A stretch of 64,000 nt of DNA from Capsulimonadaceae bacterium (lineage in GTDB: Bacteria > Armatimonadota > Armatimonadia > Armatimonadales > Capsulimonadaceae): the NCBI GenBank assembly GCA_965215505.1, contig OZ244065.1:3392001-3456000 (forward strand), in the 5' to 3' direction. How positions within the stretch are numbered: the first letter of the stretch is position 1; each line of letters begins with the position of its first letter. Made by a program: the position numbers and the translations under genes. The notes beneath the pieces were generated by a model, which saw only the letters and a program-made list of their open reading frames with translations, ran no database searches and was not told where the DNA came from. This document shows positions 17,592-26,965 of this stretch, piece after piece.

Positions 17592-18380
17592 GTGCGAATA
17601 CTGATGCTCGGCGACCTCGTCGGGAAAAGCGGCCGGGACGCCGTCCACACGATGCTGCCGACGCTGCACGACCTGTACTCGCCGCACTTCATCATCGTCA
17701 ACGGTGAGAACGCGGCGGCGGGCCACGGGATCACCCCCGACATCGCCCGCCGCCTGCTGGAAGCGGGCGTGGACGTCATCACGCTGGGCAACCACACCTG
17801 GAGCAAGCGTGAGGTCGTGGACTACCTGGACCGGGAGCCGCGCCTGCTGCGCCCCGCCAACTACCCGGCGGGGACGCCCGGCAAGGGCTACGGCGTCTTC
17901 GCCTGCCGGGGCAGCATGAGCCGGGTGGGCGTCGTGAACCTCATGGGCCGCGCCTTCATGGACCCGCTCGACGACCCGTTCCGGTCCGCCGACACCATCC
18001 TGGAATCGTTCCGGGGCCAGACGCCGATCTCGTTCTTCGACTTCCACGCCGAGGCGACGTCCGAGAAGAACGCCATGGGCGTCTACCTCGACGGCCGGGC
18101 CAGCGTCGTGGTCGGCACGCACACCCATGTGCAGACCGCCGACGAGCGCCTGCTGCCGCGCGGCACCGCTTACATCACGGACGTCGGCATGGTCGGGCCG
18201 CAGGTCTCGATCCTTGGGATGAACTCGCACGAGAGCGTCCAGAAGTTCCTGACGCAGCTCCCGCACCGCTTCGAGGTGGCCCCCGGCCCCGTCATGCTGT
18301 GCGGCATCGTCGCCGACGTGGACGCGAAGACCGGACGCGCCACCCACATCGAGCGCGTCCAGATCCGGGACATCCATTAG
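17592..18380 (+). CDS. ymdB: YmdB/TIGR00282 metallophosphoesterase
   Basis: GDLVG, NGENAAAGHG, TLGNH, DFHAEATSEK, GTHTHVQTAD; conserved position after rny; GTG start at 17592. Confidence 0.93.
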   Translation: MRILMLGDLVGKSGRDAVHTMLPTLHDLYSPHFIIVNGENAAAGHGITPDIARRLLEAGVDVITLGNHTWSKREVVDYLDREPRLLRPANYPAGTPGKGYGVFACRGSMSRVGVVNLMGRAFMDPLDDPFRSADTILESFRGQTPISFFDFHAEATSEKNAMGVYLDGRASVVVGTHTHVQTADERLLPRGTAYITDVGMVGPQVSILGMNSHESVQKFLTQLPHRFEVAPGPVMLCGIVADVDAKTGRATHIERVQIRDIH

Positions 18381-18506
18381 GCCCGGGACATCCATTAGGC
18401 CCGCGACATCCATTAGGCCCGCGACATCCATTAGGCCCGCGACATCCATTAGGCCCGCGACATCCATTAGGCCCGCGACATCCATTAGGTCCGGGACACT
18501 CATTGA
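18365..18506. repeat. Tandem repeat, 18-bp unit x7 plus a degenerate 8th, duplicating the ymdB 3' end and stop codon
   Basis: CCG(G/C)GACATCCATTAGGC repeats. Confidence 0.95.
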
Positions 18507-18529
18507 CACAAGACCCAAGGGGTAACACG

Positions 18530-19816
18530 ATGACAAAAACAGTATCCACTCTGCTCCTCCTGGCGCTGGCCGGGACGGCGGCCCATGCGGCCCCGGCCGT
18601 CCTGGTGGCGACCGCGACCGCGCCCCCCGAGATCACGCTGTATGACGGCAAGGCCGCCGGCCCCGCCACGCCCAGCGTCTCCGACTGGGGCGGCGGCACC
18701 GGCGTGGACAGCACCGAGACCTACCTGTTCGGCGGCCACTCCCTGAAAGTGACCATGCTGGACATGTACCAGGGCGCGCGGATCACCTTCCCCGCCCCCG
18801 TCCCGCTGGCCGGCGACGCCCGCGTCTTCCAGATCACCCTGCGGCGCGGCGGGGCCACCCTGCACTATGATCCCCGGACGACCAGCCCCCTGCCGCCCGG
18901 CGACACCCCGGCCGACCCCACAGGCGGCTTTGGCGGCCGAGGCGGCGGCTTCGGCGGCCGAGGCGGCGGCGGGGGCGGCGGCTTCGGCGGCGGCGGCGGC
19001 GGCGGCGGCTTTGGCGGAGGCGGCGGCTTTGGCGGAGGCGGCTTCGGCGGCGGACGCGCGACGCGCGGCGGCGGACGCCGGGGCGGGCGGCAGGGCCGGG
19101 GCGGGGGCGGGCAGGATGCCCCGCTGATCCCGCCGATCACCGCGCTGCGGCTGCACTTCACTTTCGCCGACGGACGCCAGGCGGACATCCTGCGGCCCGT
19201 CCCCACCGAGTCCGACTCGGTGGCCGGACAGGGCTGGTACAGCATCAACATCCCCGTGACCGCCCTCAAGCTCGGGCCGGGCACGGCCCCGGCCCTGAAG
19301 AGCGTCACGCTCGGCAGCGACCACTACGGCGTCTTCTTCGTCGGGCGCATCAAGGTAGGCACCGACACCGCCGCCGGGGCGGTCACCATCACCGGCCTGG
19401 ACTCGGTCCTCCCCGGCCAGGCCGTCACCCTGACCGCGTCGGGCGGCAGCCCGTTCAGCGCCAACAAGTATGAGTGGGACCTGGACGAAGGCGGCGCCTC
19501 CGACCAGACCGGCGAAACCGTCACCGCCCGCTACTATGAGGGCGGCCAGGACCACACCGTCACCGTCACCGTCACCGACCTGGACGGCGTCCGGGCGCCC
19601 GTGACCGTCACCAAGGTCATCCACGTCAAAGAAGGCGCCGTACCCGGCTTCCCCGGTCCTGGCGGGCCAGGCGGATTCCCCGGCGGGCCGGGCGGCCCCG
19701 GCGGCTTCCCTGGTGGATTCCCCGGCGGCGGGCCGGGCGGATTCCCCGGCGGGCCTGGTGGGCGACAGCCCGCCCCGCCCCCGCCTGGAGTGCCCGGCGG
19801 GACGACCGCCGAGTAA
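18530..19816 (+). CDS. Secreted Gly-rich protein with PKD-like domain
   Basis: Signal peptide MTKTVSTLLLLALAGTAAHA; GGFGGRGG insert; YEWDLD...HTVTVTVTD PKD-like segment; GGPGGFP tail. Confidence 0.75.
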   Translation: MTKTVSTLLLLALAGTAAHAAPAVLVATATAPPEITLYDGKAAGPATPSVSDWGGGTGVDSTETYLFGGHSLKVTMLDMYQGARITFPAPVPLAGDARVFQITLRRGGATLHYDPRTTSPLPPGDTPADPTGGFGGRGGGFGGRGGGGGGGFGGGGGGGGFGGGGGFGGGGFGGGRATRGGGRRGGRQGRGGGGQDAPLIPPITALRLHFTFADGRQADILRPVPTESDSVAGQGWYSINIPVTALKLGPGTAPALKSVTLGSDHYGVFFVGRIKVGTDTAAGAVTITGLDSVLPGQAVTLTASGGSPFSANKYEWDLDEGGASDQTGETVTARYYEGGQDHTVTVTVTDLDGVRAPVTVTKVIHVKEGAVPGFPGPGGPGGFPGGPGGPGGFPGGFPGGGPGGFPGGPGGRQPAPPPPGVPGGTTAE

Positions 19817-19834
19817 GCTGGAGAAAGAGTAAAT

Positions 19835-20809
19835 ATGGCAATCTCGGCATTGCCGCCCGCGAGTGAGGCCCCCGCCGGCGCACCAGGGCCGCGCCGGCGG
19901 GGGCCGGTCCTGGCGCTCCTCGTCTCGTTGCGCCCCAAGCAGTGGACCAAGAACGTGCTGCTGTTCGCGGGCCTGCTGTTCACCCTGGACCAGCACCACA
20001 GCGCCCGGCAGTTCCAGCACGCCGCGCTGGGCTTCGTGTTCTTCGCGCTGCTGTCCAGCGTCGTCTACCTGGTCAACGACCTGGCCGACCGCGAGGGCGA
20101 CCGCCGGCACCCCAAGAAGTGCCGGCGGCCCATCGCGGCGGGCGAGCTGTCCCCAGCCCTAGCTCTAACCGCCGCCGCCGTGCTGGCGGTCGTCGGGCTT
20201 GCCGGCGCGTTCGCCCTCGGGCCGCGCTTCGGCGCGGTCGCGCTGGCTTACCTCCTGCTCACCTTCGCCTACTCGTTCCGGCTCAAGCACGTCGTCCTGG
20301 TGGATGTCCTCGTGCTGGCGGCCGGCTTCGTGTTCCGGGCCGTCGCGGGCGCGTTCGCCGTCGGCGTCAGCATCTCCAGTTGGCTGGTCCTGTGTACGCT
20401 CCTGCTGGCCCTGTTCCTCGGCCTGTCCAAGCGCCGGGCGGAGCTGCTCTCGGTCCGGCAGTCCGGCACGACCGGGACGCGGCGCATCCTGGAGGAGTAT
20501 TCGCCCGCCCTGCTGGACCAGATGATCGGCATCGTCACGTCGGCCTGCCTGATGTCGTATGCCCTGTACACCATCACTTCGCCCGCCGCCCAGGCCCATC
20601 ATTACCTGATGGCGACCATCCCGTTCGTCATCTATGGCATCTTCCGCTACCTCTACCTGATGCACCGGCACTCCCTGGGCGAGTCGCCCGACGCCGTGCT
20701 GCTGGAAGACCGGCCCATGCTGATCAACATCCTCCTGTGGGGGCTGACCACCGCCCTGATCGTCACCAATGTCGCCGGGAAACTGGTCGCCCTGCTGGAA
20801 CGCTTATGA
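19835..20809 (+). CDS. UbiA-family decaprenyl-phosphate phosphoribosyltransferase-like protein
   Basis: LRPKQWTKN, YLVNDLADREGDRRHPKK..RPIAAG, AYSFRLKH, KRRAEL; multi-TM. Confidence 0.88.
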   Translation: MAISALPPASEAPAGAPGPRRRGPVLALLVSLRPKQWTKNVLLFAGLLFTLDQHHSARQFQHAALGFVFFALLSSVVYLVNDLADREGDRRHPKKCRRPIAAGELSPALALTAAAVLAVVGLAGAFALGPRFGAVALAYLLLTFAYSFRLKHVVLVDVLVLAAGFVFRAVAGAFAVGVSISSWLVLCTLLLALFLGLSKRRAELLSVRQSGTTGTRRILEEYSPALLDQMIGIVTSACLMSYALYTITSPAAQAHHYLMATIPFVIYGIFRYLYLMHRHSLGESPDAVLLEDRPMLINILLWGLTTALIVTNVAGKLVALLERL

Positions 20810-20840
20810 GGCCGGACACGGGCCGCCGGAAGGAACGCCG

Positions 20841-21455
20841 ATGACGGAAAGAACGGCCGACGGATCGAAAGAAAACGGGCCGGAAAGCCTGGAACGACTG
20901 CAATGGGAGGACGAGGCGCGGACCAGCCGGACCGCCCTCCTCGTCCTGCTCGCCGTGGCCCTGCTGTCGCTCGCCGTGGTCGCCGCCGTCACCCTGGGCC
21001 GGCCCGGTCCCACCCCGACCGCCGCCGCCATGCCCTCGGACGTGCCCGCGCCCGCCACCTATTCCGCCCCTTCCTATGCCCCCGCCGAACGGCAATCCGC
21101 GCCGACATATTCGCCCGCCCCCACCCAGGCCGCGCCCGTAGCCACCCCGCCGCCGGAGACTCAGGCCCCGGCGGAGAACTCGGCCCCGGTCGTCGTCCCA
21201 CCCACGCAGGCCGCCCCGCTCGTCCCGCACGCGCCCGTCGCCCCGTCCGACGCCGCCCAGGCCCCTGCCGCCCAGGCCCCCGCCGGGGACAATGCCGCCG
21301 GCAGTCCCGCCCCCGGCGACACCTCCGCCGGCACACCTGCCCCGGCTCCCGGCAGTCCCGACGCGGCGGTCCGGGACAGCGGCGGGGCCGAAACGCCCAC
21401 CCCCCTCGTCCCGCGCGCCCCGGCCGCACCGCCCGCCGCGCCGGCCAGCCCATGA
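20841..21455 (+). CDS. Hypothetical single-TM Pro/Ala-rich protein
   Basis: GGAAGGA RBS, ATG at 20841, one hydrophobic helix then low-complexity tail. Confidence 0.65.
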   Translation: MTERTADGSKENGPESLERLQWEDEARTSRTALLVLLAVALLSLAVVAAVTLGRPGPTPTAAAMPSDVPAPATYSAPSYAPAERQSAPTYSPAPTQAAPVATPPPETQAPAENSAPVVVPPTQAAPLVPHAPVAPSDAAQAPAAQAPAGDNAAGSPAPGDTSAGTPAPAPGSPDAAVRDSGGAETPTPLVPRAPAAPPAAPASP

Positions 21456-21481
21456 TCTCAGGCCGGATCTCAGGCCGAGTT

Positions 21482-22279
21482 TCAGGCCAGCCGGGCCACT
21501 TCCGCTTCCCACGTCCCCGCGACTCGCACCCCGTATTCCCGGAGGCCCCCGGTCGCCTCCGGGCCGGAAAGGTACGGGTGCGTCCCGCCCTCCATCCCGT
21601 GCGCCGCATCGGCCGCTGACTCGGTGAGGAAGTGGAGGGCCATCCCCGCGCGCTCCCGGTCGGTTTCATTTGCCCCCGTCGCGTGGGCGACCCCGTAGGC
21701 GAAGAACAGCGCGCCGCCTGCGGGAAGCTCCACCAGGACCGCCTCCTCCTCGGGCGGGTAGCAGCGGATGTGGTGGTCGCTGTCCCCGTCGCGCGCGTGC
21801 TCATAGGGCGTGCGGAAGGAGCCGGGGATGACCCGCATCGTGCCGTTCGCCGCCGTCGCCTCGTGGACCGCCGTCCAGAGCGCGACGCCCTGCATGGGGT
21901 CGGGGATCTGGAAGTAGGCGTTGTCCTGATGCCAGTTCGTCCCCGCGCCGTGCCGGGCGGGCTTCAGGAAGATCTGGTCCAGGCGCAGCAGGACGGGGTC
22001 GCCGATGAGCCGGCCGACCGCCTCGACCACCTTGGGCGCGAACGGCATGGCCCGGAAGAACTCGCTCTTCGGAGAGACCGGGCAGATCTGGAGGTTCGCC
22101 CTCGACCGCGCCTGCGTCCTCCCGTCCCCCTCCGTCGCGACGTTCCGCAGCAGGCCCTCCCGCTTCAGCCGCTCCGTCTCCGCCTGCATCGCCGCCGCCT
22201 CGCGCGCCGTCCAGAAGTCCGGCACGGCGACGTACCCCTGTTCCTGGAAGTGCGCGACCTGTGCCCCGGTAAAGACCAT
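21482..22279 (-). CDS. Phytanoyl-CoA dioxygenase (PhyH) family protein
   Basis: FQEQGYV, FLKP...TNWHQD, NGTMRVIPGS, HATGAN..DRER. Confidence 0.9.
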   Translation of the reverse strand: MVFTGAQVAHFQEQGYVAVPDFWTAREAAAMQAETERLKREGLLRNVATEGDGRTQARSRANLQICPVSPKSEFFRAMPFAPKVVEAVGRLIGDPVLLRLDQIFLKPARHGAGTNWHQDNAYFQIPDPMQGVALWTAVHEATAANGTMRVIPGSFRTPYEHARDGDSDHHIRCYPPEEEAVLVELPAGGALFFAYGVAHATGANETDRERAGMALHFLTESAADAAHGMEGGTHPYLSGPEATGGLREYGVRVAGTWEAEVARLA

Positions 22280-22423
22280 CTGCGTGTTCCCCCTTCGCTG
22301 CCAAGGACATACCAAACTCCCCCAAGTATACGCCGGACTCGCGCGGGCGTCAACCGCGCGCCGACGCGCGATGCCTCAAAACAAGGTACAATGACTCCCA
22401 AACGACCGCCGAGGAGCGAACCC

Positions 22424-22696
22424 ATGGCCCTGCTGCTGAACCTGTCGCCGGAGGCGGAAGCCCGCCTGAACGAGATGGCCACCCTGCACGGGCAGGAGCC
22501 GGAAGAATACGCCACGCGCATGATAGATAAAATGTCACTCGCCGACAAGAATGAGTTCGACGCCGCCGTGGCGGGCATACGGCGCGGAATGGCGGACGCC
22601 GCCGGGCGAGAGATCAGCATGGAAGATTACCGTGCCCAGCTTGCATCGGAGTACCACTGGGAAGACGCCGCACGCTCTTCACCGGCAGCCGCGTGA
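22424..22696 (+). CDS. Putative antitoxin-like small protein (RHH-type), no toxin partner
   Basis: GAGGAG RBS; MALLLNLSPEAEARLNEMATLHGQEPEEYA...IRRGMADAAGREIS pattern typical of type II antitoxins. Confidence 0.6.
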   Translation: MALLLNLSPEAEARLNEMATLHGQEPEEYATRMIDKMSLADKNEFDAAVAGIRRGMADAAGREISMEDYRAQLASEYHWEDAARSSPAAA

Positions 22697-22716
22697 GACG
22701 CGCAGGAACACAGGAG

Positions 22717-22873
22717 CGAGTGATTGAAATCACTCGCTCCGTTCGGATTTGTCCAGGGGACAAGGGAACAGGACAAAGCCGCTCTGACCGTCTTCTGTCC
22801 TTCCCCTCTTCTGTCCTTCCCCTCTCCTGTCCCCTGGACAGGTCCAGAGTCAGCGAGTGATTTCAATCACTCG
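22717..22873. repeat. REPIN-like element, subfamily A
   Basis: Four hairpins; core contains an internal TCTTCTGTCCTTCCCC duplication. Confidence 0.92.
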
Positions 22874-23013
22874 TCCTAATTCTCACCCCGGCTTGTCCAG
22901 CGTTGCCGCAGAGGACCCAGCCGGAAAGTGGCCGGGAGTGGCCGGAAGATGGCCGGAATAGAGGCGATCGCTCTTCTCAGATCATCGCAAAGCACACATA
23001 GGGAGTATTTTAG

Positions 23014-24117
23014 TTGAAAGTCGGCCTCATCGGCTTGCCCAAATCCGGCAAGACCACCCTGTTTAACGCCCTCACGCGCGGCGATTCCAGCCCCGCAGGC
23101 GGCGGCTCGTCCGCCCTCGTCAGCGTAGTGCCCGTTCCGGACACACGCTATGACTTCGCCGTCGCCCTGTTCCACCCGAAGAAGCGCACCCAGGCGACCA
23201 TCGAATTCACCGACGGCGCGGCCCAGCTCTCCGGCGAAGGGGGGAAGTCCACGCAGAAGTTCGGCGCGGACTTCTTCGTCGGCATCCGCTCCGTGGACGC
23301 CCTCGTCCTGGTCGTCCGCGCCTTCGAGACGCCCTCCCTCCCCCCGCCGCCGGGGGGATTGGACCCGCTGAAGGAGTACCAGGCGATCACCGAGGAGTTG
23401 CTGCTGGGTGACCTGTCCGTCATCGAGACCCGGCTGGAGCGCATCGAGAAGCAGCTCAAGACCCGCAAGCAGGGCGTCCCCAGCCCCGAGGTCGCCGAGC
23501 GCGAGACGCTGCTCAAAATCAAAGCCGTCCTGGACGACTTCAAACCCGTCTCCAGCGTGGACCTCGACGACGACGAGCGCAAGATGGTCCGGAACTTCGA
23601 CTTCCTGACCGGCAAGCCGCTGATCGCCGTGGCGAACCTGGGGGAAGGCGACATCGCGCAGGCCGACACTTTGGCCCTGCTTCAGCCGCTGCGCGAGCAG
23701 TGCGGGCACGAGGGCGTCGCGCTCATCCCCCTGTGCGCCGCCGCCGAGGAGGAGGTCGCCATGCTCGACGAGGCCGACCAGCGCGAGTTCCTGGACGACC
23801 TGGGCATCCAGGAACCCGCCCGCGACCGGCTGATCCGGGCGGCCTACGAGGCTCTGGGCGTCCAGTCCTTCTTCACGGTTGGCGAGGACGAGGTGCGCGC
23901 CTGGACCGTACCCGTTGGGGCCTCCGCGCTGACGGCAGCGGGCCGCATCCACTCGGACCTCGCCCGCGGCTTCATCCGGGCCGAGGTGCTCGCCTTCGCC
24001 GACCTGATCGCGGCGGGGACCTGGGAGGCGGCCAAGGCCGCCGGCAAGCCGCGCCTGGAAGGCAAGGACTACCCCGTCAAGGACGGCGACATCCTGAACA
24101 TCCGGTTCAAGGTGTAG
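23014..24117 (+). CDS. ychF: Redox-regulated ATPase YchF
   Basis: GLPKSGKTTLFNALT, FFTVGEDEVRAW, AGRIHSDLARGFIRAEV, LEGKDY.VKDGD. Confidence 0.93.
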   Translation: MKVGLIGLPKSGKTTLFNALTRGDSSPAGGGSSALVSVVPVPDTRYDFAVALFHPKKRTQATIEFTDGAAQLSGEGGKSTQKFGADFFVGIRSVDALVLVVRAFETPSLPPPPGGLDPLKEYQAITEELLLGDLSVIETRLERIEKQLKTRKQGVPSPEVAERETLLKIKAVLDDFKPVSSVDLDDDERKMVRNFDFLTGKPLIAVANLGEGDIAQADTLALLQPLREQCGHEGVALIPLCAAAEEEVAMLDEADQREFLDDLGIQEPARDRLIRAAYEALGVQSFFTVGEDEVRAWTVPVGASALTAAGRIHSDLARGFIRAEVLAFADLIAAGTWEAAKAAGKPRLEGKDYPVKDGDILNIRFKV

Positions 24118-24143
24118 GCCCACGCGCCCTCTGATTGACACCC

Positions 24144-24167
24144 GTAGGGGCGGGGTCCCCCCGCCCT
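24144..24167 (+). repeat. GTAG-family REP
   Basis: GTAGGGGCGGGGTCCCCCCGCCCT; identical copies at 35868 and 44451. Confidence 0.85.
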
Positions 24168-24221
24168 CATGCCCGATCTCATTTCTCCCGCCCCTTTCCT
24201 GACCTTCCCGAAGGCTCACAC

Positions 24222-26750
24222 ATGAACAAATCCGAGTATTACGCCGTTGCCTATAAATCCGGCTCCAAGCCGAACAGCCCCTACGCCGGGACCGTCCGGC
24301 CCGTGATCGTTGAGTCGGTAGAGCGCGTCGAGGAGGCGAACCCCGAAGACTTCCCCAACAGCGGCGATATCTTTGTGATCGGCGGTTACGACACCTCCCT
24401 CAAGCGCTTCTCCGAGAGTGACCTGTTCCGCATCCCCTACCGCGTCAACACGCAGATGGGCCAGGACACCGGCCACCGGTACTACTGCGGGTGGGTCGCC
24501 CACGCCGACGACGCCGAAGGGTTGGAGCGGTACGAGTACCTGCACGTCGTGGACGCCGAGTTTGACGTGAACGACCGCCTGTTGAGCCTCCCCTACAAGC
24601 CCGAGCGATTGATCCTCCTCCGGTCCCACGCCGACGGCGCGCTGTACGGGCCGTTCGACTATGACACGCCGCTGCTCTCGGAGAGCGAGGCGTATGACGT
24701 CTTCCTGAAGCCCTACGGCGGCCTGGCCCGCTCGGGAGTGCCCGATTACCACGTCCTCCGCTTCCCCGCCTCCGAGTTCAACACCATCGAGTTCGGTCAG
24801 CAGGTCCTTCTGCTGGGGGAAGTCAAAGACATTTTAGAGTGCGACTACCAGGCGGTTGACTACATCCCCGAAGAGCAATTGCTGAAGATCGGGAACACAC
24901 TGCTCCAGGAAGACAAAAAGCTGAACAAGCAGCAGGTCCTCGCCTTCCGCACCGCCCTCGCCGAGTTCACCGAGACCAACAGCCAGTTCGACGGCCACCG
25001 CCGCGACCGCCTGCTCGGGCTGGTGGATCGGCTGGACTACTGGACCTCGCAAAGCTCCGGCCTGATCAACGACTTCCTCAAAACCGCCGAAGGGCAGGCC
25101 AAGGTCCAGCAGCACATCATGGACAACGAGGCCGACTTCCTGGGCATGGCCGAGCGGATTGCCCAGAAGGAGCTGAAGGAGCCGCGCCAGCGGCTGGAAG
25201 CCGACATCGCCCGGCTGGGCGAGCAGCGACTCCACCTTGAAGCCAGCGTCCGGGACCTCGAAGTCGAGGCCAAGAAGACCCGCGAGGAGCTTCGGAAGAA
25301 GCAGGAGGCCGAGCTGACCGAGGCCATTTCGGGCCTGCAAGCCGAACTGGCGGCCCAGCAGGCCCTGCTGGCGGCCAAGAAGGGCGAGGTCGCCGCCGTC
25401 CTGGCCTCGCTGGGCATCGCCACCGAGATCCAGGACTTGAAAGAAGAAAAGGAGCGCTGGGCCTCAGCCAACGAGCGCCAGCGCGAGGACAGCCGCCGGC
25501 TCGGCGCAGTCCGCGAGAAGCTGATTGAGGAGATCAAAGCCGGTGACGAGGCCCACCGCGAGACACTCCTGCGAGTCGCTTTAGAGAACAAGCCCTATCT
25601 TGACCTCCTGAACGGCATCGCCCCGGTCTTTGAAGAGAGCGCGCCGCCCGCACTCAGGGCCGTCCGAAAGCGCGAGGACCTGCCCACGGCGGTCGGGCTG
25701 GTCGAGGAGGTCCGCTGCAAGCTCCTGGCCCGCTACGGCCGCTCCTGCCGCTTTGAGGACATCGCGAACTTCCTGGTCTGCGTGGACCAGAACTTCCTCG
25801 TCGTCCTGGCCGGCCTGCCCGGCGTCGGCAAGACTTCCCTCGTCACCAGCCTCGCGTCCGTCCTGGGCCTGGGCGCGCAGGACCGGTTTTTGCTCATCCC
25901 GACCGCCCGAGGCTTCACCTCCCAGCGGGACGTGGTCGGCTTTTACAACCCCCTGTCGCAGAAGTTCCAGCCCGCCGCGACCGGCTTGTATGAGGTTTTA
26001 CGGGAGAATCAGGACGCGGGCCACGCCGCCTTTCCCTATTGGGTGTTGCTGGACGAGGCCAACCTCAGCCCGATGGAACACTACTTCTCGTCGTTCCTGG
26101 GCATGTGCGACCCCGAGGTGCCGCGCGAGATCAAGACCGGCGAGCCGGGCCACGCGGGGGTCCTGGCCGTTCCGGACTCGATGCGCTTCCTCGCCACGAT
26201 CAACTACGACAACACGACCGAGCCGCTTTCCCCGCGCATGATCGACCGCGTCCCGATCATCGGCATCCAGCCGCCCGACGAGATGGAGGCGATGCCCGCG
26301 CCCGCCCCGGCCGCCCCCGAGCCGCTGCTGTCCTACCGCGACCTGCGCGCCGCCCTGCTGCCCGCCGAGGGCGGCGACGTGACCGGCGACTTGTCGGACG
26401 AGGAGCATCGCATCCTGGCGAAGATCAAAGAGGCCCTGGGCGGACCCGACCCGGCCAAGGGCATCCCGACCCTCGTCAGCCCCCGCAAGACCAAAGCCAT
26501 CCGGTCATACTGCGCCGCCGCCCGCCGCCTGATGCGCGGCGCGGACGGGTCCGGCTTCGCGCTCACCGCCCTGGACTACGCCGTCTGCCAGAACATCCTG
26601 CCGCTCATCAACGGCTACGGCGAGAAGTACCGCCGCCGCCTGGAGGACCTCGCCGCCGCCGTCCGGCCCCTGGACCGCTCGCGCTCCCTGCTCGACTACA
26701 TCCTGCGGGCCGGCGACGACGAGCAGAAGTTCTACCGGTACTTCAGCTAG
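24222..26750 (+). CDS. McrB-like AAA+ GTPase with unassigned N-terminal domain and long coiled coil
   Basis: Walker A GLPGVGKT, Walker B LLDEANLS..EHYFS, TINYD.TT..LSPRMIDR; heptad-rich central region. Confidence 0.85.
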   Translation: MNKSEYYAVAYKSGSKPNSPYAGTVRPVIVESVERVEEANPEDFPNSGDIFVIGGYDTSLKRFSESDLFRIPYRVNTQMGQDTGHRYYCGWVAHADDAEGLERYEYLHVVDAEFDVNDRLLSLPYKPERLILLRSHADGALYGPFDYDTPLLSESEAYDVFLKPYGGLARSGVPDYHVLRFPASEFNTIEFGQQVLLLGEVKDILECDYQAVDYIPEEQLLKIGNTLLQEDKKLNKQQVLAFRTALAEFTETNSQFDGHRRDRLLGLVDRLDYWTSQSSGLINDFLKTAEGQAKVQQHIMDNEADFLGMAERIAQKELKEPRQRLEADIARLGEQRLHLEASVRDLEVEAKKTREELRKKQEAELTEAISGLQAELAAQQALLAAKKGEVAAVLASLGIATEIQDLKEEKERWASANERQREDSRRLGAVREKLIEEIKAGDEAHRETLLRVALENKPYLDLLNGIAPVFEESAPPALRAVRKREDLPTAVGLVEEVRCKLLARYGRSCRFEDIANFLVCVDQNFLVVLAGLPGVGKTSLVTSLASVLGLGAQDRFLLIPTARGFTSQRDVVGFYNPLSQKFQPAATGLYEVLRENQDAGHAAFPYWVLLDEANLSPMEHYFSSFLGMCDPEVPREIKTGEPGHAGVLAVPDSMRFLATINYDNTTEPLSPRMIDRVPIIGIQPPDEMEAMPAPAPAAPEPLLSYRDLRAALLPAEGGDVTGDLSDEEHRILAKIKEALGGPDPAKGIPTLVSPRKTKAIRSYCAAARRLMRGADGSGFALTALDYAVCQNILPLINGYGEKYRRRLEDLAAAVRPLDRSRSLLDYILRAGDDEQKFYRYFS

Positions 26751-26771
26751 AAGGGGAAGAGTAGAGGCGGA

Positions 26772-26905
26772 CGAGTGATTGAAATCACTCGCTTCGGCAA
26801 GATTTGTCCAAGGGACAAGCGGAGGGGACGGGTCGCTGCGGGCTATTCCTGTCCTTCTTCTGTCCCCTGGACAGGTCTTACTCAGCGAGTGATTTCAATC
26901 ACTCG
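26772..26905. repeat. REPIN-like element, subfamily A, between the mcrB-like and mcrC-like genes
   Basis: Four hairpins. Confidence 0.92.
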
Positions 26906-26965
26906 TCCGAACGCACGGCCACCCGCGCGACAGGCAACAGCGACCGACCCGCACACCAGACCACA

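Noticed and set aside
19835-20809. Mycobacterial-type arabinan pathway
   Set aside because: Only the UbiA-like gene is present; no DprE1/DprE2-like neighbours in the window, and the family is widespread
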